Positions 20,339 to 30,318 of a DNA stretch of 64,000 nt are shown in pieces. Numbering within the stretch: position 1 is the stretch's first letter; each line of letters opens with the position of its first letter. The notes beneath the pieces were generated by a model that saw only the letters and a program-made list of their open reading frames with translations, was not told the origin of the DNA and did not search any database. The position numbers were made by a program, and so were the translations under genes. Source of the DNA: Candidatus Heimdallarchaeota archaeon (GTDB lineage Archaea; Asgardarchaeota; Heimdallarchaeia; Hodarchaeales; Hodarchaeaceae). The DNA is taken from positions 96,001 to 160,000 of the forward strand of contig RDOB01000005.1 of assembly GCA_011364965.1 (NCBI GenBank). The letters run 5' to 3'.

Positions 20339-22231
20339 CTATATCACTTGATTTAACCATTCCAAAATCTCAGAATAAGTCTTGATTCGATTTCGTAATT
20401 TTGTGACCCCATGCCCTTCATCGCTAAATCTCAGTAGCTTTACATTAAGATTTTTCTCTCTAAGTTCGTTATACATCTGAATAGTTTCAGAGAGAGGCAC
20501 TCGCTCGTCATTATCCCCATGGACAATAAATAAAGGCGCATTAATTTCATTTACTTTATGAATAGGACTTATCCGAGTCAGTGTATCCATATTAGCTTTT
20601 AAACTACCATATTCAACTTCTCTTAATTTTCTACGCCATGATGCAGTGTTTTGCAGGAAAGTGATAAAATTCGCTATACCTACTATATCGATCCCCGCTT
20701 TCCATAGCTCTGGGTATTCTGTCATAGCTGAAAGAACTGCAAATCCTCCGTAACTTGCTCCCATTACTACTAATCGATCAGAATCAATCAGTAAATCGGT
20801 TTTCTTGAGGTGACTAACAAGCTCAGATATGTCTCTGATGGAATCTAGACGCTTTTCTATGTTATCCAAATCAAGATATTTCTTCCCATAACCTGTACTA
20901 CCTCGAATATTAGGAGTTATTATTGCATAACCTGCTGAAAGGAAAAATTGAATTATCGCTGAAAAACTGGGTCTAATCTGTGCCTCTGGCCCTCCATGAA
21001 TAATTAGTATTGCTGGCCATCCTTTCGAGGGAGGAGATCCTGTGGGTAAATACCTGAAATATGGGACTGAGAGATTATCAAAGGATGAAAATTGAACTAA
21101 TGTACAATCTACAAAGTTTTCTTTATTCAATCCTGCTGTATCAGTGTTTGTTGCCTTCCAGAAAGAATTACTCTGGACACTATATATCCAAATATTTGTT
21201 GGGGAATTAGGTGAAGTGATTGTAAGAGCTATCATAGTGCCATCAGGTGAAACGGTCATTCCTGAAGTGAACGTTCGGATATCTCCAGCAGTTATGACTC
21301 CTTTGAAAGGTAATTTAATTTCAGAATAATTTTCACATCTATTTGATATGAAAACTCCTTTGAACAGTTTACTGTATCCTTTTTGATTTGCTACAAAATA
21401 GGTAATATCGGAATTGGTACTCCAAGCTACTTTTTCAATATCATATGGTAATTCCTTGTCTAACGTTTCCAACTTAATAAAATTACCCTCTAAAGAAATA
21501 ATAGCCAATCGAAAATAATCAGATTCGTAATCGGTAATCACAAGTAGATGTTCATCATCTAACCATCTCACTGCATCCCATCGAATCTTCTCATCCCCCG
21601 AAACAACCTTGGAGATATCTACTATCTCTCGAGATTCAATATCAAAGAGGAGTAACTCTTGATGATTATTTCCTAGGTATTTTCTTAAAATTAATTTGTT
21701 TTCATCATTTGGGGAAACTAAAACTGTTAAAAAATAACCCTCGTCAGGTTGAAAGAGTAATTCTGGTTCATATTCTAAGAGAGGGATTTTGTGTCGATAG
21801 ATGGCAAAGATTGATTTATCAATTAAATTCGCTGAAAAATAGATATAATCATCTGTAGTAAGAGTAATTAAGTGTTTGGCATTCTTGTCATTAGTAATCC
21901 ACTCCAATTTTTTATCTTTGGTCGCAACTCCAATCTGAAAATTTTCCTTTCCTCCCTGATCTCCAAGAAAGACAATACTTTCATCTGATAAGTATCTTGC
22001 GTCCGTACACCGATCTATATCATGACTTATACGTTCGGGCCATAATTGGATTCCGTTCTGAATGGGAACGGTATATACCTGAAAATAACCTGGATTATCA
22101 TATTCAAAGGTGATTTTCTTTTCCTTTGGATGCCAATCTGCTCCGCCTGCGGTTTCTATGGCAAGATAAGCTTTGAATTTCTCTTTTTGAGTCATAATCA
22201 CTTTGGCGTCTCCTTGTTTCTCTGCATTCAA
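20339..22231 (-). CDS. S9 family (acylaminoacyl-type) peptidase
   Basis: HGGPE, NIRGSTGYG, GASYGG, HGDNDERVP, DEGHG. Confidence 0.93.
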   Translation of the reverse strand: MNAEKQGDAKVIMTQKEKFKAYLAIETAGGADWHPKEKKITFEYDNPGYFQVYTVPIQNGIQLWPERISHDIDRCTDARYLSDESIVFLGDQGGKENFQIGVATKDKKLEWITNDKNAKHLITLTTDDYIYFSANLIDKSIFAIYRHKIPLLEYEPELLFQPDEGYFLTVLVSPNDENKLILRKYLGNNHQELLLFDIESREIVDISKVVSGDEKIRWDAVRWLDDEHLLVITDYESDYFRLAIISLEGNFIKLETLDKELPYDIEKVAWSTNSDITYFVANQKGYSKLFKGVFISNRCENYSEIKLPFKGVITAGDIRTFTSGMTVSPDGTMIALTITSPNSPTNIWIYSVQSNSFWKATNTDTAGLNKENFVDCTLVQFSSFDNLSVPYFRYLPTGSPPSKGWPAILIIHGGPEAQIRPSFSAIIQFFLSAGYAIITPNIRGSTGYGKKYLDLDNIEKRLDSIRDISELVSHLKKTDLLIDSDRLVVMGASYGGFAVLSAMTEYPELWKAGIDIVGIANFITFLQNTASWRRKLREVEYGSLKANMDTLTRISPIHKVNEINAPLFIVHGDNDERVPLSETIQMYNELREKNLNVKLLRFSDEGHGVTKLRNRIKTYSEILEWLNQVI

Positions 22232-22266
22232 CTTATAAATCCACTAAAAAGTTAGTCTAATTGGTG

Positions 22267-23463
22267 CTAGTCTAATTTATCCACAATATCCACAAATTCT
22301 AAAGCAATTTCAGCCCCTCGTGCTATACTTGGGCCTGATAGTTTATCAGGAGTATCTTCTAAAGTATGCCAATAAGTAGGAACTCCAGTTTCTGCTAAAC
22401 CAAATAATGTGGTAGCATCAAGGCCTTTCCGAGAGAAATTCGCTGCATCTGAGCCTGCAAAATTCATCGCTTCAATTTTTACAGGGATTTTGAGGTTGTT
22501 TGCAGCTTTCTCTCCTAGCTGAATTACTTTTTTTGAGTGAGTAGCTAAAAACATGACTTCTTTCGTTGCGATTAAGAATGTTTCGGCACTTAAGCATTCC
22601 AAATTGAACAGCATTACATTCCTGTGTTTTAATTCTGGCCCAAATTTTTGTACAAATCTTTTCGAGCCTCTCATATGCTCTTCTCCTGCGAAACTTACAA
22701 GCCATACCTCAGTATTTTCAGGTTTATTTTTATAGAGATATTTACCACATTCTCGAATCGCAGCAACCGCTGTTAAATTGTCATTTGCTCCTAGAACCCC
22801 TTTATTTGATCTAAGAAAGATTGCCAAAACTAGAACTACTAATGTACCGATAGCAAAAAGAATTAATTGTAACGTGTCAATAAATTGAATCATTTCTACT
22901 GGTGCCAAGATTTTAATAATTCCCAATATGATGTTAAGAACTACGATCGATATGGCTATATAAATGACATAAGAAGATTTTTGGCCTAATTTACTTAGTA
23001 ATGGAAATTCATAAGCGGAATCATGATGACCTGATAATATTATTAGATGTTTGGGTTTATTCATTGGTTTTATTTTGCCAATAACATGGAATGAGGTTAT
23101 TTTAGGGAAAAAGAAATCAACTGCTTCAAAGAGAAAATTCTGTTGTAAACTATAAATTGCTAAGGCCCCAAAAACCAATATAATTGACACAAGGGAATGA
23201 ATAAAAAAAAAGGCCAAAAAACCAAGAATATAAAGACCAGCTGTGACCCAGATGAAATCTAAAAAGCCCCCTGGATGGCATGTGAATTCTTGCGTAAGAG
23301 TTTCATCAGTATATTGTTTAAAATCATTAAAAATAAGATTTCCTACTTTATCTTCTTCCTTGGTGCCTGCGATTCGCGGGCCAATCTCATTACAAATCTT
23401 CTCAATAAAGACTAACATATCCTTTCCAGATGGGTCTATTCTAGGTTTATATCCTTCTTTCAA
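22267..23463 (-). CDS. Membrane-embedded M28 peptidase
   Basis: GHHDS, GANDN, GEE, SDA, YWHTLED; four TM insertions. Confidence 0.85.
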   Translation of the reverse strand: MKEGYKPRIDPSGKDMLVFIEKICNEIGPRIAGTKEEDKVGNLIFNDFKQYTDETLTQEFTCHPGGFLDFIWVTAGLYILGFLAFFFIHSLVSIILVFGALAIYSLQQNFLFEAVDFFFPKITSFHVIGKIKPMNKPKHLIILSGHHDSAYEFPLLSKLGQKSSYVIYIAISIVVLNIILGIIKILAPVEMIQFIDTLQLILFAIGTLVVLVLAIFLRSNKGVLGANDNLTAVAAIRECGKYLYKNKPENTEVWLVSFAGEEHMRGSKRFVQKFGPELKHRNVMLFNLECLSAETFLIATKEVMFLATHSKKVIQLGEKAANNLKIPVKIEAMNFAGSDAANFSRKGLDATTLFGLAETGVPTYWHTLEDTPDKLSGPSIARGAEIALEFVDIVDKLD

Positions 23464-23497
23464 TTTGAATCACCAGTTAAATGTTGATATACTGTTC

Positions 23498-24334
23498 TTA
23501 TAAGAAATCATCTAAAGCCAGCTGTCCTCTGATATATATATTATGTTTTTCAAAACCTACTGTAGCAATATTAGATTTAGATAAAATTTCTCTTATTGAA
23601 ATCGCATCATTGATAGCATAACCTGAAAAACGGTTATTTATCACAATGAAAATGGATTCGAAGTTAGATTTAAGTCTAATGAATTTCTCAGACCAATATT
23701 TTAATTCTTTTGTTTTATTTAGGTGTAATTTCCCAAGTTTTGCATCTGGTATTAGCTCTCTGTCCCCTAAAAGTCGAACATAGTAGCAAGAGGGAGATAT
23801 GCTTTGAAATTCCGATGGTAGTTCAAGAAACGGAGTATCTATTATGGGAACTGAAAGCTCCTTGACTAGATCCAAGACCTCAAAAGTTATCCAAGATTGA
23901 TTTCTAAACTCAACTACCACATGTTTTGAGAACATAGATCTACATTGCTCAAGTAGACGATGTAAATAGTTGAAATTGTCTTTAGTTCGTTGAAAACGAG
24001 GAGGAAATTGAATAACAACTATCTGAAATTTGTCCTCTAACCCTTTCATGCGCAAAAAAAATTTACGTAAGATCTCTATGTTCAAGTTCCTATGAGAAGT
24101 GTGAGTGATATCTCGAATAAGTTTAGCAGCAAAAATGAAGTCATCAGGAGTATAATGATACCATTGTCGAACCATGAACTCCGAGGGGATACGATAGAAA
24201 GTTGTGTTTATTTCATTCAATCTTGAAAAATAAGAGTAATATTCTAATTCATTAAACGAGTCAGTTCTCACTCTAGGATAAAATTTTCCCCTCCAGTGAT
24301 TATAAGACCAACCTGTGGTTCCAATGTAAATCAT
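23498..24334 (-). CDS. DUF72 (YecE) family protein
   Basis: IGTTGWSY..W...FYP, EINTTFY, QFPP, VEFR. Confidence 0.92.
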   Translation of the reverse strand: MIYIGTTGWSYNHWRGKFYPRVRTDSFNELEYYSYFSRLNEINTTFYRIPSEFMVRQWYHYTPDDFIFAAKLIRDITHTSHRNLNIEILRKFFLRMKGLEDKFQIVVIQFPPRFQRTKDNFNYLHRLLEQCRSMFSKHVVVEFRNQSWITFEVLDLVKELSVPIIDTPFLELPSEFQSISPSCYYVRLLGDRELIPDAKLGKLHLNKTKELKYWSEKFIRLKSNFESIFIVINNRFSGYAINDAISIREILSKSNIATVGFEKHNIYIRGQLALDDFL

Positions 24335-24597
24335 TTTAATTCCATACTTCGGTTTGAATGACTCATATCAGAATGAATTAGAATTGTTTTTTACCTTAAT
24401 AATTTTGATTATCCTCAATGTAGTACCAAAAAAATAGAAATAATCGCTAAAATATTTAAATTATGAAATTACTTATTTAGAGACGTAATCCTTTTTAAAT
24501 TTGGAAGTTCTGTTATTTACAGATATAAGCGGGTTCCCAATGAAAGTAATTTACTTCAAAAATTTTTCGGAATTTAAACTGATAAGATGAAATAGAA

Positions 24598-24846
24598 TTG
24601 ACCAACAAAGATAATTTATTATTTATTTTTTCTCTTTTCCTTAGTCTAATCACTATAATTGCTTTTTTTGTGTTTCAGTTTCCATTTTTATTCTTTATTC
24701 TTCTATTTCCTCCATTTCTATTCAGAAAAACACAGAAAAAACAGCAATTACTTATATGTGAAGAATGTCAGTCTATTTTAAACCCAAACTGGAAATTATG
24801 TCCATATTGTGGTAGGAAGGTTGAAGGTTATATGAAAAGAGGCTAA
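24598..24846 (+). CDS. Small membrane protein with C-terminal zinc ribbon
   Basis: Hydrophobic N-terminus; CEEC...W..CPYCG. Confidence 0.75.
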   Translation: MTNKDNLLFIFSLFLSLITIIAFFVFQFPFLFFILLFPPFLFRKTQKKQQLLICEECQSILNPNWKLCPYCGRKVEGYMKRG

Positions 24847-24921
24847 AATTGATCATCTCCAAGGTTTTAGAAAATAAATAAGTTAAATTATCAATTATGA
24901 TTTCGCTTTATTTGATGTTTT

Positions 24922-25086
24922 ATGAAGAAGCTTGTGTGTCCTTGGTGTCATACACCTTCGATTACCCCAGTTCAGTTATCAGGAAAAATTCGATTGCAAT
25001 GTCCAGATTGTGGTATGGATGCGTATGTTATAAAGCCTCCAGAGACATTAAGTAACCCTGATGCTGACCAAGTTAAAGCTTATTAG
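24922..25086 (+). CDS. 54-aa zinc-ribbon microprotein (not in ORF track)
   Basis: Manual translation MKKLVCPWCHTPSITPVQLSGKIRLQCPDCGMDAYVIKPPETLSNPDADQVKAY. Confidence 0.75.
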   Translation: MKKLVCPWCHTPSITPVQLSGKIRLQCPDCGMDAYVIKPPETLSNPDADQVKAY

Positions 25087-25129
25087 TCAATTGACCTTTT
25101 AGATTATGGATAATTGATCTTAGGTTCAC

Positions 25130-25456
25130 CTAATCATTCTTTGATTTAAATTTTGGAAATTGACATGATTTGCATAAGGGATTATCCATTTCATATAATT
25201 CACAAAAGTACCTAATAGAATTTGTATTTTCTTCTTTGGATCTAGAAAAATAAAGGCAATTGTATAAGAAATTATTTGTGGAAACCTCTTCCATTGATCC
25301 ACTCGATCCGTGAAGAAAGAATAGACACTTATCTGGGCATTGGTTGATATATTCACGATATTTCAGGCAGTACGCAATTGTTTCCGCTTTTGTTGTTAGT
25401 AAGAATTGACAAAACTTATACATCATACAGTTTTTTACTCCAGCAATCTCTCTCAT
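25130..25456 (-). CDS. Cys-rich small protein with an internal two-fold repeat
   Basis: CxFL...YCxxY...CxxxC and CxYF...FCxxY...CxxC; ATG directly follows the upstream TGA. Confidence 0.6.
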   Translation of the reverse strand: MREIAGVKNCMMYKFCQFLLTTKAETIAYCLKYREYINQCPDKCLFFLHGSSGSMEEVSTNNFLYNCLYFSRSKEENTNSIRYFCELYEMDNPLCKSCQFPKFKSKND

Positions 25457-26794
25457 TCATTCCTCTACTTTTTGAGGGATATTGGCTACGATTTCTCCAT
25501 CTCGACCAATATCAATCAAGTCTCGTTGGTGAAGAGGATTTAATTGCTGCTTTAGCACAATAGGATCCATTCCTACACTTTTAGCCAACGCTTCCAAGCT
25601 CATACGACCGTTCATACGCAATAAAATGGTAATTGGTGCAAAGTTCGAAAGTGATAGAACTTGATCAATGTATTCATTCATATTTTCAATCTGAGTCATT
25701 TTTTTTGCTAATGAAATTTCTTCAACGTGTTTCTTTTCTTTTTCTAAATCAACTTTTAACTGCTCGTTTTCAGAACGAAATATAGCAATTTCCTTCTGCA
25801 AGTTATCATTCTTTTCAATAATATCCGCTAGTTGCTCTTCTAATTCATCGTTCTTTCCCAATAAAATTTCATTCGTAGTACGTTGTTCAGAGAATTTTGT
25901 ATTTACCACCTCTAACTTTTTCACCTCTCCAGCTAGTTTTTCAGCCAGTATTTTGACATCTTTTTGGTATTTTTCTGAGTTCTCTTTGATTCGTATTTGA
26001 ATTGAATTTTCATATTGCTCCTTTACCTGTGCAATAGTTTTTTGAAAGTGGGATTCTTGATCCTGATAACTTGCAGCCCATGTTTCCATTGCTTCAGCTG
26101 CTGCAGCATCCATTGCATTTGATAATCTTGAAATTTCTGCTCTTTTATCCACCAATTCCATCCCCAATTTGTTGTTTTGCTCTTCTAGAGTAAATATACG
26201 ATTTATTTTTTCCTTCAATTGAGTTTCAAGCTCTATTAATTGTTCCTCAACGTACTCTCTCTGAGATTCAAGATTATCAGCTTTAGCGCGTTCAGCTATA
26301 AGTTCCTTTTCGATATTAGCTAATTTTATTCTATGATTTGACTCCTGATCTTTAATCAACCTCTCTTTATTTGATAATTGCTCCTTAAAAGAATTGATAG
26401 ACTGGTTTAAATCTGAGATTTCTCTAGATTGTTGGTCAATAGTCAATTGTTGCTTTTCCAACTGTTTTTGATCTTTTTCCTCAATAATGATCCGTTCATC
26501 CTGTATCAATACTCTTTTTATCCAACCAAGCGATTTGATAGTGATTCTAGTTAATTGACTCTCAATAGTTCTGTTAACTTCTTGCTGAAGTTCTTTAAGT
26601 AGATCCTCAACATATTTACGATCCTGAACTCTAGATAAAAGGGAGGAATCACGCAATATTCCAGAACGAAATCCACTAAAGGATACACCCAGAGCTTGTA
26701 CGGCAAGATTTCGATCTTTGGCCAGATCGTTAATAAATTCTAAACCATACTCACGTAAGTCTAGATTTACGGAAGAAGTCATTAAATTCACCAA
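25457..26794 (-). CDS. Long coiled-coil protein with C-terminal winged helix
   Basis: About 300 aa of E/K/Q/L heptads; C-terminus MSLEALAKSVGMDPIVLKQQLNPLHQRDLIDI. Confidence 0.75.
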   Translation of the reverse strand: MVNLMTSSVNLDLREYGLEFINDLAKDRNLAVQALGVSFSGFRSGILRDSSLLSRVQDRKYVEDLLKELQQEVNRTIESQLTRITIKSLGWIKRVLIQDERIIIEEKDQKQLEKQQLTIDQQSREISDLNQSINSFKEQLSNKERLIKDQESNHRIKLANIEKELIAERAKADNLESQREYVEEQLIELETQLKEKINRIFTLEEQNNKLGMELVDKRAEISRLSNAMDAAAAEAMETWAASYQDQESHFQKTIAQVKEQYENSIQIRIKENSEKYQKDVKILAEKLAGEVKKLEVVNTKFSEQRTTNEILLGKNDELEEQLADIIEKNDNLQKEIAIFRSENEQLKVDLEKEKKHVEEISLAKKMTQIENMNEYIDQVLSLSNFAPITILLRMNGRMSLEALAKSVGMDPIVLKQQLNPLHQRDLIDIGRDGEIVANIPQKVEE

Positions 26795-26885
26795 AATAAT
26801 AATTATTATCTTGTCTGTAGGTTTTTTAAATAGCTTGTTTTTAAGAAATTATGAGGAATAGATTATCTTTCTGGAGATAGAATCT

Positions 26886-28559
26886 ATGCTGTTGAAATTT
26901 AGACGGAATTTCGTATTTTTCAGATATAATTCAATCTATATAATAATAATCATTAGTATTTCATTCTTTTTTTCGGATTCTTCTAAAATCTTTGGGACTT
27001 CTGTTACAATCATTGAAGGAAATACCTTGGTTAATCCTTTACATCCTTTAAACTCCGACAATTTAATTAATTTAACCATTTTGCATATTAATGATCTTCA
27101 TGGATGGTTAAATCCCCATGAAGGATATGGTGGAGTTGCAACTTACATGACGTATTTTAAAAATGAAGGATTCAATCCTAATGATAGAGATTCATCCTTT
27201 TTATTACTTTCAGGAGGAGATCAAAATACTGGACCTGCGGTTGCAACATTAAGTAAAGGAGAAGCCGTAGTTGATGTTATGAACTCCATGGGTTTCTCAG
27301 CTGCAGCAATAGGAAATCATGAATTCGATTTCGGGATTAACTGGATGGAAAAGCGACAAATTCAAGCGAATTATCCAATTCTTTCATCTAATATCTACGA
27401 AACCGGTACCACAAAGTTAGCAAATTTTTCAATACCATGGGTCATACAAAATCATTCAGGAGTAAATATTGGAATAATTGGATTGACAACGATAACTACT
27501 TATTCATCTGCTCATCCTAAAATAACACAATATTTCGATTTTGGTGATTATGAAACTGCACTTCGTTCCTACATTCCCGCAATGCGCGATGAAGGTGCAG
27601 AAATCATTATTTGCTTAGCACATGTTCCTCCAATAGAACTACAATATTTAGCAGAAGATGTGGCTGATTTAAATATCGATTTATACTTGGGCGGTCATAG
27701 CGGAGGGGGCCTGATTTCACAGGTTTCATCTTCACTAATAGCAGGAGCTGAACATTATGGTCATCAATATGTAAAAGTTATTCTCAGTTATAGTAAAGAA
27801 CAGTCTGAAGTAATTGTACGATCTGGAACCCTAATCGATAATCTAGAAGCTGAAGTTGAACCTGATCAAGCAATTCAATCGCTTGTTGACGAATGGATTA
27901 ACCAAGTAGATGCTGATCGAATAATAACATATAGTAGTACAGATGTAAGAGATGATGGCGGAGACTCAGGAATCAGTGCATTAGTAACAGATAGCTTCTT
28001 GTACTACTTCAATTATACATACAATTTTGGGATTGCTAATGCTGGTGGGGGATTCCGCGATTATTTTCGAGCAGGAAATATCACTCTAGCTGATATAGTG
28101 TCTGTATTTCCTTTCGAGAATAATCTTCTTGCATTTTCAATAACAGGAGAAGAGTTAAAATCCCAATTCGCGTCCCAATTTCTGGATGACGCACATTCTG
28201 GATTAAAATTAAAAAATGAAAAATTATTTGTATTCGAGAACGGTCATTTTACCGAAGTGATTACCTCTAAGACTTATAACGGACTTATTCTTGATTATAT
28301 TTGGTATGTATCCTATAAGGATTCATTCAATGCAATTGATACAGCTGTTCATTATCGTGATGCAGTTGTATATTATTTTGAGCATTTAGAAGATTTATCT
28401 AACCATGTAAGTGCTGAAAGATCAATGATTACTTTGCCATTTCCAATAGAGAAAAGCTCAACCCAACCAACTTCTGTAACTGGAATAGAACCACTATTAG
28501 CATTATTTTTCTTAACATTTATTCTGCAAAGATACAAAAAGAAATGCAGATTTTATTAA
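26886..28559 (+). CDS. 5'-nucleotidase/UshA-like metallophosphatase, surface anchored
   Basis: ILHINDLHG, GGD, GNHEFD, NAGGGFR, FPFEN; C-terminal TM followed by basic tail. Confidence 0.9.
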   Translation: MLLKFRRNFVFFRYNSIYIIIIISISFFFSDSSKIFGTSVTIIEGNTLVNPLHPLNSDNLINLTILHINDLHGWLNPHEGYGGVATYMTYFKNEGFNPNDRDSSFLLLSGGDQNTGPAVATLSKGEAVVDVMNSMGFSAAAIGNHEFDFGINWMEKRQIQANYPILSSNIYETGTTKLANFSIPWVIQNHSGVNIGIIGLTTITTYSSAHPKITQYFDFGDYETALRSYIPAMRDEGAEIIICLAHVPPIELQYLAEDVADLNIDLYLGGHSGGGLISQVSSSLIAGAEHYGHQYVKVILSYSKEQSEVIVRSGTLIDNLEAEVEPDQAIQSLVDEWINQVDADRIITYSSTDVRDDGGDSGISALVTDSFLYYFNYTYNFGIANAGGGFRDYFRAGNITLADIVSVFPFENNLLAFSITGEELKSQFASQFLDDAHSGLKLKNEKLFVFENGHFTEVITSKTYNGLILDYIWYVSYKDSFNAIDTAVHYRDAVVYYFEHLEDLSNHVSAERSMITLPFPIEKSSTQPTSVTGIEPLLALFFLTFILQRYKKKCRFY

Positions 28560-28567
28560 AAGAAAAA

Positions 28568-28858
28568 TTAAGCAGCTAGGGGGATAATTGGAGGATTCAA
28601 ATTATAAGTATTATTAATTACCTCTTTAAAGGTTTTAAGGTTAAATTTTTTCCCATTTTCATCCCGAATTATAAATTGGCTTTCATTGACTAATATTTGA
28701 AAAACCTCGAATGCCATTGAGGGGAAGAACGAGTTTCCACTGAAAACACCCAGTGATATTGTCTCAAATTTATTATCATGTGTCTTACGTTCCAAAAAAT
28801 ACTGTACTCGCATCTTGGAATTCGCTCGTTCTGTTTTTTTAATCTTAAAGGGCATCAA
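28568..28858 (-). CDS. Hypothetical protein
   Basis: Non-overlapping 96-aa ORF. Confidence 0.5.
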   Translation of the reverse strand: MMPFKIKKTERANSKMRVQYFLERKTHDNKFETISLGVFSGNSFFPSMAFEVFQILVNESQFIIRDENGKKFNLKTFKEVINNTYNLNPPIIPLAA

Positions 28859-28981
28859 TGCTAGTTTCTATTAGGAAATTTGTGATTGATATTCCAACAT
28901 AATATCTGGAGAGTATTAGGCTATTGAACCAATTTCCTCCCCAATCCGGTTTGAGAAAATTAGAAGTGTCTTAAAAATATA

Positions 28982-29665
28982 GTGAGGAAAATGTGTTTCA
29001 TGCAAGCTGAATCACTAACAGTGCTATTATTTACGCTTTGGGGAACACAACACTCTATACTTGCATCAAACAGGGTAAAAAAACGAGCAGGATTTGATCC
29101 TCTAGATCAAAAATATAGAATCGGTTTCATTGTGATCTCTCTCCTTTCTTTTGCGTTTCTTGAGTCAATCATAAATATATATCTTATTCCTGAGGGAAAA
29201 TTCGTCTCCTCAATAATAGATATGTCTATCCTATCCGATCTAATTCTTTATTATATCCTAACTATTACAGGATGGATTATGGCAATTGGCGCATTTATTC
29301 AAGCAGGCCCATTGACTTTCAGTGGCTTAAAAGGCGAAAAAAGAGCTCCTATTAAATTTAATGGATTCTATCGGTTTTCTCGCCATCCTATTTATTTTGG
29401 AGTGATGTTAGCTACTCTTGCATTAATGTTGACAGTATCTAATAGTGTTTTACTAGTAAAGTATTTAAGTTTTCTAATTTATTTTGTAATTGGGGCAAAA
29501 TTAGAGGAGCGAAGGCTTACTAATGTATTAGAAGGATATGAAGAAATGCTAAGTCGACCATTCTTATTTCCGTATCGAAAAGAGCACATTAGGATTCTCT
29601 TTGGTAGAGAAAGGAAGGAGAAGGTGGAAAAAAACCATAAAAAAATGGATTATTCAATCCAGTAG
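28982..29665 (+). CDS. ICMT/nurim/MddA-like membrane methyltransferase family
   Basis: QHSILAS, GFYRFSRHPIYFG, EERRL. Confidence 0.8.
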   Translation: MRKMCFMQAESLTVLLFTLWGTQHSILASNRVKKRAGFDPLDQKYRIGFIVISLLSFAFLESIINIYLIPEGKFVSSIIDMSILSDLILYYILTITGWIMAIGAFIQAGPLTFSGLKGEKRAPIKFNGFYRFSRHPIYFGVMLATLALMLTVSNSVLLVKYLSFLIYFVIGAKLEERRLTNVLEGYEEMLSRPFLFPYRKEHIRILFGRERKEKVEKNHKKMDYSIQ

Positions 29666-29865
29666 TATTCAATTTTGTCTCCTTTAACTTCTTCCTCAGG
29701 GATTATAGCGATGAGATCATGGTGTAATTGGTGATGGATTAAATAACATGTTTCGTGAATATATTGCGTACACTGGTCACATTGAATAATAAGGACAAAT
29801 CCTGTCGTATCCTGTTTCAATAATAACCTGTTACAGACAGAACAGTATCGGATATCTCTACTCAT
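29650..29865 (-). CDS. Cys/His-rich zinc finger microprotein (PHD-like)
   Basis: C-x2-C-x17-C-x2-C-x4-H-x2-C-x3-HH-x2-HH; GGTGA RBS. Confidence 0.75.
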   Translation of the reverse strand: MSRDIRYCSVCNRLLLKQDTTGFVLIIQCDQCTQYIHETCYLIHHQLHHDLIAIIPEEEVKGDKIEYYWIE

Positions 29866-29874
29866 CGCATCACC

Positions 29875-30003
29875 CTAACTTACTGTTTGAGAATTCACAG
29901 GAATCTGACTATTACTTCTTATTTGCAACTCTTCTTCTTTTCTTTTACAATTTACGCATTCCTTATTGGGATTAAGGACAGTTCCACAGACATCACAAAA
30001 CAC
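29875..30003 (-). CDS. 42-aa zinc-ribbon microprotein (not in ORF track)
   Basis: AGGAGG RBS, GTG start, MFCDVCGTVLNPNKECVNCKRKEEELQIRSNSQIPVNSQTVS. Confidence 0.7.
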   Translation of the reverse strand: MFCDVCGTVLNPNKECVNCKRKEEELQIRSNSQIPVNSQTVS

Positions 30004-30318
30004 TGAAATCTAAACCTCCTTTCAGAATCTCAAACTCCCAGGAAAAGTTGAGAAAAAGTTTCTTAGACAAAAATATATTGTGTAACAATGATGATGACAC
30101 CCATAAGCCAATGGGCATTGGGATTTATAGATTGCATATTGTTACACCATTTTCAGAACAGGAGTTTCCTGGCCTCCTGTATAATAGAATAATAACTGGA
30201 GTTTTTATAAGGTTTTTTCTGCATGCAGACGAATTATCTATTTAGCTTGCTGACAAGAACAGCTCCTAATATTATTGTTTGTTTGACTTCTTAAGGCAAT
30301 CCTAGTATAATGACTTAC

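Noticed and set aside
30048-30245. 65-aa ORF and an ATGATGA box-C-like motif
   Set aside because: No protein motif, and no properly spaced D box for a C/D sRNA.
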